Origin: Oikopleura dioica
Taxonomy: Eukaryota; Animalia; Chordata
Direction: 5' to 3'
Length of the DNA stretch: 64,000 nucleotides
Assembly: GCA_907165135.1 (NCBI GenBank)
Contig: OU015567.1
Coordinates: 13,640,001 to 13,704,000, forward strand
In this document: in pieces, positions 24,901 through 38,131 of the stretch
Numbering within the stretch: position 1 is the stretch's first letter
Layout of the letters: every line of letters starts with the position of its first letter
Made by a program: the position numbers and the translations under genes
Notes under the pieces: model-generated
The model's input: the letters and a program-made list of their open reading frames with translations, nothing else
What the model was told of the DNA's origin: nothing
Databases searched by the model: none

Positions 24901-25512
24901 GATATATTTCGATTCAGTATTGTCTGTGTTGTAAATAATCCAAAACAAGAAACAACTTCAATAGTTCACCATTGGTGTCAAAGCTTACCCGGCTTATTTC
25001 TTCGGGCAGCCCAGACTTGGGAAAAAGACGTCGAAGCAGGTTATTCGGTCTTGAGTAAATAGACGGTATTCGAACTAAAAACAGCATGCTCCATCCCATA
25101 ACAGCCGTTTTCCAGTCATATACCTGGTATTCCTCTGTATATGACTTTACCTGTCGCTAGACTAATGCTATCTCCACTGTTCGTGCCCTCTCTAGCATCA
25201 TTTTTCAGGCTGCTTGGTATGAATCCACCGATCGAAAACATAGAAGACTCACACTGCCAATGCGAAAGATGCAACAAGTGTAATTTACTCGCAAATATCA
25301 AATGCACAATTTGCAGGTAGTGTAAAGATAGTGTTCTCAGGGCTAATATGATTTCTAGGCAAGATATTCTTGGGCTAAGTTGGTGCTGCGTCAAATGCAA
25401 TCACAACAGTCACATTGCCTGTCAAGAACAGTGGTTCGATCAGCGCGAACGATGTCCAAACCAAGCCTGCTTTTGCGAATGTAAAACTATTCTCGACGAT
25501 GACAGCATCTAA
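21901..25512 (+). CDS. WDR59: GATOR2 subunit WDR59 (WD40 + RWD + C-terminal zinc finger)
   Basis: WD40 N-terminus, RWD-like region (VSLLVPEGYP), PFPARCGTCWCS, YSRILDSWKM and C-terminal CTICRQDILGLSWCCVKCNHNSHIACQEQWFDQRERCP. Confidence 0.88.
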
Positions 25513-25681
25513 TATCTTCATGTTCAAATTCTTCCTTCCTCCTCAGTTCAAATAAAAAAATTGAAAATCAAAAGCTTGTGTATTTTATTTTACAGAAACA
25601 CCGATCACAAGTTAGCAACGTTCGTCCGTCTTATCACATTTCTTTGCCCAAGTTCAATAGTATGCGAAAATTACGACAAGA

Positions 25682-26195
25682 TCAGACCTTGAGTAGATTT
25701 TGAACTTGCCTTTCGCCAGTGAGGAGGCCAGTCTCTTCATCCTCGTCTAAGGAGATTCGTCTAAAGCTCGCAATCGAGAGGAAATGTAAACCCATCACCG
25801 ATACTTACCGTGCGCGCGTTTTCCTCTTCTTCGGGCTGCATTTGCTTCGATTTCCTTCCTCGTCCTTTTCGAGAATAATTAATCACTCATTCCATCTATG
25901 AATACCTTGGTATCCTGCATTTGAAAAGACAGCATAGAGAGATGATAACCACGAGCACAGCTCCCATGATCATTCCCGCTACATGCCATACTCGCAAATT
26001 CCCAATGACAATTTGCTCCACAAACGGTCTCTCTTCCATGCTCTTTATTTCAACAAAGCTCTCTCCACTTCCATGCTCATTTTCGTCTGCCAACGAGTGT
26101 GTACTAATAATCGAGGATCCGCCTAAGTGATGGACCATTTTTCGATAATTTGATTGCCTCGTTCTACTTGAACCCGGATCAAGTAAAAAGGACAC
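25682..26195 (-). CDS. TMIE: Transmembrane inner ear protein homolog; N-terminus uncertain
   Basis: [47 protein letters not shown], compared with vertebrate TMIE [45 protein letters not shown] (from memory). Confidence 0.9.
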
Positions 26196-26647
26196 TTCAG
26201 ATTAAATTAAAAAGTAGAGTGGTCTTTCCTGTTCAGAACTTGCTTCGTCTAGCATGATTAGGAGATTCCCTTGCCAGTAAAATTCAGACTTGCAAGAAGG
26301 ACTACATTGATTGACAAAAGTCAATATCCATTTATCGATATCCCTCTATTAAACCTTAGTTGTAATCATCTGGCTTATCTATCATGAAATACCGATTATT
26401 ATGTTGACCTTGACATTCAGTTTAAACTAGAAAATTTCTAGTAGAAATAGAGATTTGGGCACAAAATGACAGTAGCCAAACATCTCCCCGGGGCCATTGG
26501 CTCCGAACGTTCGCGAATATCGCGCCAGAGTTTTGACTAATCTTGTGGCTGTTACGTAACGCAGTCAGCGAGCGCATAAAATTATTCTGAGAAAGTGGCA
26601 GGATTTTTTTCAGAAGAAGGTAGTTATCGTTTGGGCGCGTTAAAAAT

Positions 26648-28658
26648 ATGGATAGTGGATCTGATGATAGAGAAGATGATCGAATGGAAGATGATTATCA
26701 AACTGACAGCGAATGGACGACTGAATCAGATTCTAGCAACGAAGACGGTGTGATTGAGGCAGGAGAAGACGAAGAAGTCAGGGAAAGATATGAAAGAGAG
26801 AATAGAAGACTCGCTCGCTCGGAGTCCAGTAATTCTGGAGCCAGTAGCGCCAGTGCTCAGGAGGTAATGATTTTGAGAATAAATTGGTACACGTTGTCAG
26901 ATTATTGATTTTCTTCAAAGTAAAAAAATCAAATCAGTGAAGCTTAAAAACGGCTATCGTTAAACTACCGACGAATAAGATTTCGGAATAAACAAGATCC
27001 CCGTCCATTCAACCGCCCCGAAGCCAATAAATTCCGCTTTTAGGAATCCCAGCTTTCCGCTCTACAACTCGCACGGATTCTTTACAGACGGCAACATATT
27101 TTCAACGAAGGATTGCCGCGAGAAGGCGAAATGGAAGACATCGTTAATCCAACAATATCAACAGCTAAAGCAATGATTCTCCGAAATCGATTTAAATCCA
27201 GAGCTCCGAAAGCCCACAACCGCTCTTGGATCCGTTCTCACCTCGACTCTCGAAATTATAATTCGAAGAAGCTTCGAGCAAGCCATTGTGCATCCATCAT
27301 TCCAAATTTCTGCAAAACAGAGCCAGTTCAACACAGATACCGAGTCTTCTCCGGGTCTTGGACGCCAAGTGGCAAATTTTTCGTCACCGCCAGTCAGAAA
27401 GAACAAAACCAAGTGGACATTTACGATGCGAATCGCCTGACAAACGAGGAGTCCGACGAGGACGCCGATCCTAAAGCCGCTATTATCAAAAAGATCAACA
27501 TAGAAGACGTCGGCTGGGCGATTATCGATCTAGCAATTTCCTCTGATTCGAAATACGGCGCCGTCACAAGTTGGTGTAACAATATCTCCGTCTTTCGCAT
27601 CGACAACGATAGAACAGACAGAAGCGTGCACAACATTCCCCTGCCCGTCAACAACCACAGCTTCTATTCCGGCCACAGATCGGCCGTTTTCAGCTTGCGC
27701 TACAATTTTAACAGCTCAAAAATGTTCGGAGGTTCCAACAACGGAAGACTGCTGCTGGTTGATATTGGAACGCAAAAAGTAACGAGCGACATGGATCAGA
27801 AGAACGACTATGATATGAATGCCGTGTGCTTTGAAAAGTTCAGCGATAATTTGGCATTCGCTGGAGGTGATAGTGGAATCGTTTCCTGCTGGGACATGCG
27901 TTTGTTTGGAAATAAACGAGAGAAGGGCGTTGTTGGATACTTTGCTGGGCATGCTAATGGAATCGCGTACATCGATACGGCGCATGATGGAAGAACTTTA
28001 CTCACATCAGCAAAAGATCAAGCAATCAAACTCTGGGATATTCGAATGTTTACGAGGTAAAATTTCTCTAGGGTTTTCTCAAGGAGTAAACGCGTATTTT
28101 TAGACCAGAGGCGACGGAGAAATTCACCTCTCAAATCGCAGACGACTACTGGGACTACCGACACGATTATGTTCCCACGAGGCATCAGAATACAGTTGTT
28201 GAAGTGGATGAAGAAGATACTAGTGTGCTCACTTTGAAAGGGCATATTTTGCTGCAGACTTTGATCCGAGCGAAGTTTTCACCTCAATACACGAACAACA
28301 GGTATTTTGGAGCTTTGAGAGACTTCGCTCACAAGAAATCTTTAGATACATCTACTCTGGCGATTACAGAGGCGGATATAATCTGTGGGATCTGCATTCA
28401 AAAGAACTCAATGTCCAAAAATTCACATCTGATTATTTCAACTGTCACAATAAATGCAACTTGGTGAGAGACGTCGATTGGCATCCACATCTTCCCGTTT
28501 TAGCGGCTTCTAGGTACTTTTTTCTACTTTTCTTTCTCGACAATTTTTGTTTTAGCTGGAATGGAAGTGTTACATTCTGGACGCGAAAGCCGTCAAATTA
28601 CGAAGCCTTATTTTGCGAAGCTCTTAATAATGATTCCCAGGATTTGCTAACTCTTTAA
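26648..28658 (+). CDS. DCAF11: DDB1-CUL4-associated factor 11 (WDR23)
   Basis: EDVGWAIIDLAIS, FAGHANGIAYIDT...SAKDQAIKLWDIRMF, DYWDYR, LKGHILLQTLIRAKFSP, VRDVDWHP. Confidence 0.92.
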
Positions 28659-28841
28659 CCCACTTCTTTGTATTCCTACTTTTGAAAACATCATCCGTTA
28701 CTTTCGAAAATAGCCACTGGCTAATCGCTTTTTTCGATTTCTGATCGACAGCACGAAATAAAACCCAGTGTCCCGTTGCGCCACAATTCACAATATTCGC
28801 CACAAATCCGTTTTCATTTTCTTTTATTCTTCCAGAAAAAA

Positions 28842-30703
28842 ATGGCGAGTAAGAGTTCGAGGTCGGTTTCATTGAAAGACTTTCCGAAAAAGAGAGGAGC
28901 CTCGTCAAAAGACTACAGAAAGCTTGACAGGTCCGACCAGGAGAAAATCAAGAAGCTTATTCGAGAGTCGAAAGGTGCAACAACACTTGGTACGTTTATT
29001 CTTTTCTTGTTTGAAATTTGGCTTACCGCTCGTTTTAGATCTATCTGATCAGAATAATCATTCAATGAGTGCGACGATATCTGAGCTGTCAAAGACGCTG
29101 CAGAATTTGTACGTGCAGAAAAACAAAATCCACACGCTTCCGCGCGAAATCGGTTGCTTGCGAGAGATGCAAATCTTTGCAGCCAGCGAAAACCAGATCT
29201 CCTCGCTGCCAGATTCACTTGCGAATCTAACGGTAACTCTTTCTTTACCAAGATTTGTTATCAAAGCCGTTTCCTAGAGCTTAAAGCGGCTTGATCTGAG
29301 ACACAACAAATTCGAGGGAGATGTTCCACTGGTTATTTATCAGCTATCGTCTCTGATGGAGCTGTATTTGACGCACAACAAGCTGACGAGATTAAAATCC
29401 GGGCTTGGCAACTTGCGGAATCTTGTGCATCTCGACTTTAGTCAGAATAAACTCACAGAACTTCCAAGCGAATTGGGCGAACTGAAATCCTTGCAAAAAC
29501 TGATGCTCAAGAGTAATCACCTGCAGAGTATTCCTGAGACGATTTCTGAGTGTGTATCGTTGTCTATTTTAGATTTGAGGTAATTTCACTTGAAAAAAAT
29601 CGTCGTTTCAATGACTTTTTCTAGTCATAACCAGCTTGAAGCGCTACCAGAAAAGATTGGTAACTGCACGAGTCTGACGAGTCTTTCTCTAAAATACAAC
29701 AGACTGCAAGTGATACCAGAGTCGATAGAACAGTGTAAGAATCTCGTCCATTTTAATATCGAAAGCAATCAGATATCTTCTTTTCCTCCCTCCTTCCTCG
29801 CAAACTGCACAAAGGTAAAAATAACCCATAAGATTTCCTTTTCTTATCATAATTTTGCAGCTTCAAGTCCTCACAATCGCACGAAACACCTTCACCGACA
29901 TACCCAACCTATCAAAACTCGAAAATCTCACTTCCTTCGACGGCTCGTACAACAAAATCAGTTCACTCCGACCCAAAGTATTCACGCTGCCAAAGATCCT
30001 GAAAGTGTTGCTTCACAATAATCTTATCAAAAACATTCCTGCTGAAATTGCGACTTGGAAGACTGTCACGGAGCTCGATTTATCCAGCAATTTATTGGAA
30101 ACTGTTTCTGTCGGAATCGGAAATCTCGATCAACTACAAGGTAACTCATGTAACAAAAGACAACTTCACAAGTATTCTCTCAAAGACCTGAAAGTGTCGA
30201 ACAATCGTCTCGAGTTCCTCCCCGACACAATTGGCAACATGAAGTCATTGCGAATTCTCGAGCTAGATGAAAACAAGATCGAATACATTCCATCCGACAT
30301 CGGCTACTGCACGAATCTGGAGACACTTGTCCTCACGTCAAACAAAATTCAGCAGCTTCCAACTGATATCGGCTCGTTAAAGAGATTACGAAAGCTGCTG
30401 CTTGGTGAAAATGATCTTATTCTGATACCGCCGCATATTGGAATGCTCGAGTCTCTTCAAGAGGTAGATTTTATCTTTTTCTTTCCAAAATAACGTTTTT
30501 CAAAGCTGTTCATAAATTCAAATCTGAATCTTCACAATCTCCCCGAAAACCTCGCGGACTGTCGCTCCCTTCAGATCCTCTCTATCGACAAATGCCCACT
30601 CTCAGAAATCCCGGACGAGTACCGTCTGCGCGGACCTTCTTTCGTCGTCCAGTATTTAAAAATGCGCGCCAATTCAATGCGAAATCATGTTCACGACTTT
30701 TAA
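28842..30703 (+). CDS. SHOC2: Leucine-rich repeat protein SHOC2/Sur-8
   Basis: About 20 LRRs, including LPREIGCL, SENQISSLPDSLANL and HNQLEALPEKIGNCT, plus the diagnostic C-terminus CPLSEIP...GPSFVVQYLKM. Confidence 0.9.
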
Positions 30704-30818
30704 CTTCTGCTTCCAACTATTTTCTTCAATCGAGCACTAACACCTGTTCAAAGTCAATTCTTAAATAAAATATTTCCTTTCATTCCAAATAATTTTTAAA
30801 ATTGTTCTTTTTTGCAGC

Positions 30819-33800
30819 ATGGGCTTTGACGAGGATTCGGCCGAGATTCTCAAGGCCCCTGAGCCGAGTAAGGGAGGTCTCGTGGTTAAAAAGAAGAAAG
30901 AGGAAAATGGAACATTCAAAAAACCTTCTGCCTTTGGCCTTGAAGCTCTAGCAGAGAAGAAACGGAAAGAGAGGGAGCGCGAAGAGCGAGAAAAAGACCG
31001 CGATGGAGACAGAAATTACCGACGAAAGCGAATTGAAACTCCTTCAAATACTGGCGGTGTCAGTGACAAGTACTACGAGCGAAGACGCGATCGAGAACGA
31101 AGAGACAAGGATAGAAAAGACTACCAGTCAAGTAGAAATAAAGGATCTCGATACGAAGACTGGGAAGATGACGACAGACGAGATCGAGACCGAAACAGGG
31201 ATCGAGACCGACGGGGAGGCCGATCTGATAGATCAGAACGCGGAAATCGATCGTGGGAAACTCCGACGCCAGGCCGAACACCAAGGGAATCCCCATCACC
31301 TTATATACGGTACTTATTACGAATAAACTGGAAGGTTTGATTGTTATGCTCACTCAGATATTTAGGTCGGACAGGCGCTCTGAGCGGGGCGAAAAAGGAA
31401 CCCCACTTCCAACACCATCGTATAAATACAATGACTGGATGGGGGATAAGAAATTAAACGATCGAGGCAGCGAATCTACCAGGACAACTGAATGGTCAGC
31501 TTCCGAGCTCCGTGAATACGAAGAAGACCAGAAACAAGCAGATCGAGATTGGTACACAATGGATGAAGGAAACGATCCGCACAGAATGGACCCTGACCAG
31601 GAATATGTTGACAAGAAGGAAGATCAACTGAAGAAAAAACGAGAGCCGTTGAGAATGTCGGCAAAGCATCAACAGTACAACATCGACAACGAAAAATGGG
31701 AGGCCGAACTTCTTCTAAGATCCGGTGTTGTTACTCAAACCAATTACGATGAAGATTTTGACGAAACAACTGGTTCAAGGTATGGTCACTTATTTACGCT
31801 ACTTTGTGACGCAGCGATTCCAATTTAGAGTGCATATTTTGGTGCACAATATCATGCCACCGTTTCTCGACGGTCGAACGATCTTCACTAAACAACCGGA
31901 GCCGGTCGTGCCTGTCAAAGGAAAAGGTTCAAAGTTTCGCGCTTGAGCTTCTTTTGGATTTATTTTCTGTATATTCGGGTATTTACAAAAGACACATAAT
32001 TTTGTACAGACGAGTTTGGTTTGGCTTTTTACAGAACGAGGAGAAATTCACGAGTATGGAAGTGTCGTTTTGCTTGGTGGATTCTCATCGATGCTTTTCG
32101 GGCGAATTTCTTGTTGCAAACGGAGCAGGTGTGTTGCTTCTCAATTGCCTGAAAGGAGAGCTCCAAGTTGACTTTTCTGAAGGGACTCTTGAGGATGATC
32201 GGCTTCTCTGGCGCTTTTGGAAGGGCCTCCTCAAGGTTCATCTGGGCAAATTGCTTGTTGAGGCACCGTCGCTTGAGATTTTCGCGTGGTCTGGGGAGCA
32301 TTTTCTTTCGGGGTAAGGTCGAAGTGTGGAGGAGTTCATGAGCAACCTTGGCGGACTCGTGGAAGAATTTCTTCGAGCAGATTTTGCAGTTGTAGATGGG
32401 CTCGTCGGACTTGCACTCATCCTCGAAAGATGGGACGTTTGTAATTTCATTTGGGACTGGATCAGTCGATCTGAGCACTCCAATTGCAATCGTCATTCTC
32501 TGGCTAGCGAAGGATCGGATTTTCTGAGTCTTCTGTCGGTGTCGTCTCTTGACTGGCTGAGCAACGGCGGCTGTCACAGAGTCAGTTTCATTGCCAGAGC
32601 TGTAAATGTTCTTGAGAGATCTTGCAGTGGACTTTGTTCGGTGAAGCTTCTTAGGCATGACTGGCATGTTGATTCTGCTGCTAGATCTCTTTGGAGTCGA
32701 TGACATGAAGCCAGAGAATCCGTTGCCGCAAGAGCCATCGGAAAAAGAGTCGGAATATTCGGAAGAAGTGTTCATCTCTCAGTTTTTAGTTTTGAGTTTT
32801 TAGATTTGATTTTCTTATTGGAAGTCGATGTTTGTCTGAGTTAATCTGCTTCGGGTTCCTATTTATGCCGCCGAAACATTGCGACAACGGCGCCACCAGC
32901 TGAGCGCTAGTCGCAAGGCCGCGTGTGTTCCGATTTTCCGCCGCGCTCAACTGAGCCACCTGCCCGGAGCCGAATCCGGCAGGTGAATCCAATTAGGACC
33001 TGCCGATAGCGACTTCCGATAACCACGTACTCATCCTAACAAGAGTCTTGTTTATAGTAACGCCAAATGACAACGGGGATTGTGATTTCCGGCTCTGACT
33101 GCAAGGAATGTAGTCTTGTTGTCCAACAAAGAGTTGTTTAGACGAAAGTGAATTGAGGGGATTTTGTAATCCCTTTTCAAAAATTAAGTTGCTTGACAAT
33201 AGTGAGATTTACTAAGTGCGTGTCGTTTTTTCGACCTGACAAAAGTGATTTAAGGATCAGAGCAAGTCGTTAAAAGACTTTTTTCATCCCCTTTTGGAAG
33301 GTGAGTGTTTGACTAAGGAGTGGGAAGGATTATCCCTTCAGTTTTTTCTTTGGTGGTAGAATCTTTGATCATCAACGTCTCGTAAAATAGCCAATGCTCA
33401 ATGATATTGATTCCAGTGCACGGATAATCTTCTCATCGAGTTTTAGAGATTCCGAAACCTCCTGTCCAGAAGGCGTAAGCTAAATTTGATCGACTAGGAT
33501 TTACCTCCATTATCCCAAATCAGATTCGTTACGGCCTAGTTTTTGAAACTCTGGCGTGTGAATTCCTGCACCCATCCGTAACCCTTATCAATCGCTCAGC
33601 ACATAATCGTCAGAACAGCGGCACGGATCTTTTTGATTTTGAATTCGCCCGGTGGCGGCATCGTTGAAAAGGTCAATCTTGCGACATTTGCGGTGGCCGT
33701 ACACATTTCCCAAACTAGTTACGCTAGAATCAAAATTGAGCGACAAATTATTCATGCTTCGGCGAGAGCTTGAGAAAGACGAGTTCAATGAGGCAAACTT

Positions 33801-36687
33801 TAACCTTGAAAAGATGCAACGTCGGATATGGCGGTCGTTGCGCGAGAGGGTTCTCACTTGATCAAAAAGCACAGGGAACAAAAAGAGCGCAAAAAGGCGA
33901 TGCACAAAGACTGGGAACTCGCCGGATCAAAGATGGGTCAAGTGCTCGGTGTAAAGAACGCTGAAGATGAAGAGGAACGGGAAGATGACGATACTAACTT
34001 CAAGGTAACCGAGACATTGTGATAAATCTTTTGAATATTATTCGTTAGGCAAACTCGCAATTCAAAGCTCACTTGGACAAGCAGAATCAGAGCGAAGGAG
34101 CGAGTAACTTCTCAAGGACCAAGACCATTCGTGAACAACGAGAGTTCTTACCCATTTACGCCTCACGCGCTGAGCTGATGAAGGACAGGATTGATTTGTT
34201 CTGCGTTATTAGTAATTCCCTCGGTGCACGCACTCGAGCATGCCCGGATTTTATTTATCACAGAAGCTGTCAAAAATATCCTAAACAAAGTTGATCCGAG
34301 AGAACTCGGTTGTCGTCATTGTTGGAGAGACGGGATCGGGAAAAACCACTCAACTCGTGCAATATTTGATGGAAGAGGGATACGGAGGTATATTTAGCCC
34401 ATCTTTATTAAAGTAATCATCCTTTTTTCAAGAAAGGGGAATGATTGGGTGTACTCAGCCTCGTCGAGTCGCTGCCATGTCCGTTGCGAAGCGAGTTTCA
34501 GATGAAATCGGTGTGGAGCTTGGCCAAGAAGTCGGTTACGCCATCCGTTTCGAAGATTGTACCTCCAAAAAGACCGTGATCAAGTACATGACTGATGGTA
34601 TCCTCCTTCGAGAGACTTTGCGCGAGTCTGACATTGATCACTACTCCTGCATCGTCATGGACGAGGCTCACGAGAGATCCCTGAACACAGACGTCCTCTT
34701 TGGTATTTTACGAGATGTTGTCGCTAGAAGAAATGACTTGAAACTGATTGTTACATCCGCTACCATGGACGCCGGAAAATTCTCCGACTTCTTCGGCGGT
34801 GTTCCAATCTACAAAATTCCTGGAAGAACTTTCCCCGTAGATGTACTCTGGGCGAAATCGACAGTGGAGGATTACGTCGAATCCACTGTGAAACAGGCAC
34901 TTCAGGTGCACCTGTCCATGGACGAAGGCGATATCTTGATCTTCATGCCGGGTCAAGAGGCTATCGAAGTGACCTGTGACGAAATCCGCACGCGACTGGA
35001 TGAGGTAGACGAGTCACCTGCGCTCGCCATCTTGCCGATTTACTCTCAATTGCCGTCGGATCTTCAGTCCAAGATCTTCGAAAAAGCCCCTGAGGGTTGC
35101 CGAAAATGTGTCGTCGCCACTAATATTGCTGAAACATCCCTTACTCTTGACGGTATCAAATATGTGATCGACGCTGGATATTGCAAACTCAAAGTGTTCA
35201 ACCCAAAAATTGGTATGGACTCGTTGCAAGTCTACCCGATCTCGCAGGCTAATGCCAATCAGAGGTCAGGTCGAGCAGGTCGAACTGGCGCCGGCACTGC
35301 CTTTAGATTATACACGCTCTCCCAGTACAAGTCCGAAATGTTGCTCACAACTGTCCCTGAAATTCAGCGAACCAACTTGTCGAACGTTGTTTTGCTTCTA
35401 AAATCTTTGAATGTTGATGATCTCCTCAAATTTCACTTCATGGATCCTCCTCCACAGGTTTTGAGAATTTCAATTCTTACTGATTACCATTATTTTTAAG
35501 GATAACATGTTGAACTCAATGTACTCGTTATGGATCCTTAACGCTCTTGATAACACTGGCAAACTCACGGATAAAGGACGACTGATGGTCGAGTTCCCCA
35601 TGGATCCAGCCATGTCGAAAATGTTGATTACTTCTTGTGACATGGGCTGTTCTGAAGAAATGCTGACAATTGTCTCCATGCTTTCTGTGCCAACGATTTT
35701 CTTCAGACCAAGAGGTCGAGAAGAGGATGCAGGTAATTTAGAGTTGGTGTATTCTCGTGATTATTTTTTCGAATAGACACGATGCGGGAGAAGTTCAACG
35801 TCCCTGAATCCGACCACATGACATACTTGAATGTCTACTCACAATGGAAGAAGCATGGGTACAAAGATACATGGTGTACGAAGCATTTTATTCACGCGAA
35901 GGCGATGCGCAAAGTCCGTGAGGTTCGAAGCCAGCTCAAGGAAATCATGGACTCGCAAAAACTCACGCTTACCTCCTGCGGCGCGGCGTGGGATATCGTC
36001 CGGAAGTGCATCTGTGCAGCCTATTTTCACGCCGCGGCGAAGCTGAAAGGTATTCGCGGTATTTTTGCATTTTACAACGCGCTATTTAGGTCTCTCTGAA
36101 TATGTGAACATTCGGACTGGTATGCCGTGTCATCTTCATCCCACTTCCGCTCTCTATGGAATGGGATATGCTTCCGACTATGTCGTCTACCACGAGCTGA
36201 TTATGACATCAAAGGAATTCATGCATGTCGCTACGGCTGTTGAGGGAGAATGGCTTGCTGAACTTGGCCCTATGTTTTACTCAATCAAGAAGAGCTCGAA
36301 GGTAAGAAAAACTTATTTAATTTTGAAGACTTTATATCGTATTCAAGAGTCGCCGTGAAGCTGCATCAAAGACAATGTCCAACCTCGAAGCTATGGATGC
36401 TCAGTTCCACAAAGACAAGGAACTAATGGACAAACGAAAAGCCGCTGAAGAAGCATTCAAAAAGGTCAATAAACAAATCAGTTCTAAATTGTTTATAATC
36501 GGTTTAGCCTTCGTTGACATCAGTGCGGATCGCGATGCCAGGTGCGCCGACTCCAAAGAGAGAGCGCGCGCTCACTGAGCCCGTGAAGCGTCCAGCCTCG
36601 CCCATGTCAAGAATAGAAGAATTCCGCCGGAAGAAGGAGGCACGAACGCCTCTTGGCCGGCCACGAACCCCAAGAATGGGACTATAA
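30819..36687 (+). CDS. DHX38: Pre-mRNA splicing DEAH helicase PRP16, multi-exon, with a 1.9-kb intron
   Basis: [23 protein letters not shown]|[52 protein letters not shown]; ends RTPRMGL*. Confidence 0.96.
31921..33813 (+). other. Non-canonical GA-AG intron of DHX38 (1893 nt) containing an antisense gene
   Basis: GTCAAAG|GAAAAG...ACCTTGAAAAG|ATGCAACG restores PVKDATSD, which is conserved in PRP16 orthologs. Confidence 0.88.
32029..32775 (-). CDS. Intronless C2H2 zinc-finger protein (2 fingers, 248 aa) nested antisense in the DHX38 intron
   Basis: [21 protein letters not shown] and [22 protein letters not shown] in one ORF. Confidence 0.85.
   Translation of the reverse strand: MNTSSEYSDSFSDGSCGNGFSGFMSSTPKRSSSRINMPVMPKKLHRTKSTARSLKNIYSSGNETDSVTAAVAQPVKRRHRQKTQKIRSFASQRMTIAIGVLRSTDPVPNEITNVPSFEDECKSDEPIYNCKICSKKFFHESAKVAHELLHTSTLPRKKMLPRPRENLKRRCLNKQFAQMNLEEALPKAPEKPIILKSPFRKVNLELSFQAIEKQHTCSVCNKKFARKASMRIHQAKRHFHTREFLLVL
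34184..34290 (+). other. Second GA-AG intron in DHX38 (107 nt)
   Basis: ATGAAG|GACAGG...AAACAAAG|TTGATC gives [23 protein letters not shown]. Confidence 0.85.
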
Positions 36688-36819
36688 AACTTTCTGCTTT
36701 TATCTCCTTTTTTCCAATAAGGTTCCTTCATATCTAGGTTATTTACTGTATCTGTTTATGGATTGAACGTCCACTGCCGTGCAAAATGAATTACTTTCTC
36801 ACATTCTGATGAATTAAGA

Positions 36820-38131
36820 ATGCTTATTGGTCTCCTTTTTCAAGGAGTATCTGCTGGCTCTGATGAGAAAATACCCCAAAAAGTCGTAGATCAAGTGCGA
36901 ATGGGCATCTTCAATCAGAAGTTTTACGAACTAACAAGCACTTACTACTCAAATCTGCCGGTTTTTTCTTCCATCCCCGCTGTAACATCACATGATGACC
37001 TCGACAATTCTCTTCCAGTTTCTACCCTTGAAGAAGTCTACGAGAAAACTCGAATAAAACATCTTTCTGGGATTTCCTTTTGGAGCACTTTGGAAAAATA
37101 TGAAACTTGTAAAATTCTGAGGGAAATGGAGTCAAGAAAAGTGGAAGACATTTACTTTGCATCTATGGCCACTACGTTTTTACCAACGTAAGGGATCGAG
37201 ACAATATTCCATGCTTAATTTATTTAGATCATTTCTGGTTTTGGGGAAATGCGCATTCATCGCTTCGGAAGAACAGAAATTGTCTGTCAAATTCGCCATT
37301 CGTCAAAAGAACTCACCTGAAAACCTTGCCAGAATTATGTCCCTCCTTGATCTTTGGGAAGACAAAACTCTCAATTTCCCAACAGGCCCTACTCTAGAAG
37401 ACGATGTCAAAGCCAATCTGCACATTTTGCAGGCCTTCTTCCGCCACCGAGATGCTGATATGTTTAAATACACACGAATCTTCGGCGAGCCGGCTTTTGC
37501 AACTCTTATGAAAACTTTGACGAGGCGAAGAGGGGAGGCGTTTTACAAAGATGTTCACACGACCTTGTTAGCATTAGAAGGAGTGCAAATAATAAAGAAG
37601 AGGACGGGAGAAAATCTTTTTGACCAAGAACTTCTCAAGTAACATACACTCATTCTGATCGTAATCTATCATGATCTGTTTTTTAGAGAATTCGGACGAA
37701 ATCTGATGACAAAGTTTTCCCTTCTAAACAGCGAAATCGAAGATGAAAAAGAAACAAATAAAGATCTGAAGTCGAAAATCTTCAGCACCCTTGCTTCAAT
37801 GTCCATTCTAGCGCAACTCAAGCCCGACGCAATGAAGAACTCACTATCGGGAGATGAAATTAACCTTCCGATGGACTTCTTCAGGTTCAAATCATTATTA
37901 CTACTGGTGTTTGTCTTCTTTTACTTCTGCGAATTCCAGTAGTATTAGTTCTGGTGAATCTTGCAAAAAACGCATTTGCTCAATTGAAATTGCAGCGTAA
38001 AACACTACGACCTGCCAAAATCTCTCCATGAAGTTGTTGGGAAAGAATATAAAGACGCCGAAGAAATCGAGAAGGAGATGACTGCAAAACTAGATGCTAT
38101 GATTCGTAATAAACAACATGACGAGCTTTGA
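36820..38131 (+). CDS. Uncharacterised multi-exon protein, possibly with a signal peptide
   Basis: ORF segments 36820-37191, 37230-37640, 37690-37886 and about 37945-38131 are linked by GT-AG-like gaps. No family recognised. Confidence 0.6.

Noticed and set aside
13981-28658. Apparent functional cluster of WD40 genes (ERCC8, WDR82, WDR59, DCAF11)
   Set aside because: WD40 is a very large family, the genes are not paralogous tandem copies, and they lie in different transcription units; chance is sufficient.
33000-33810. Possible second nested gene in the DHX38 intron (ORFs 33588-33905 minus, 33652-33861 plus)
   Set aside because: The ORFs overlap the DHX38 exon boundary and I could not build a consistent spliced model.
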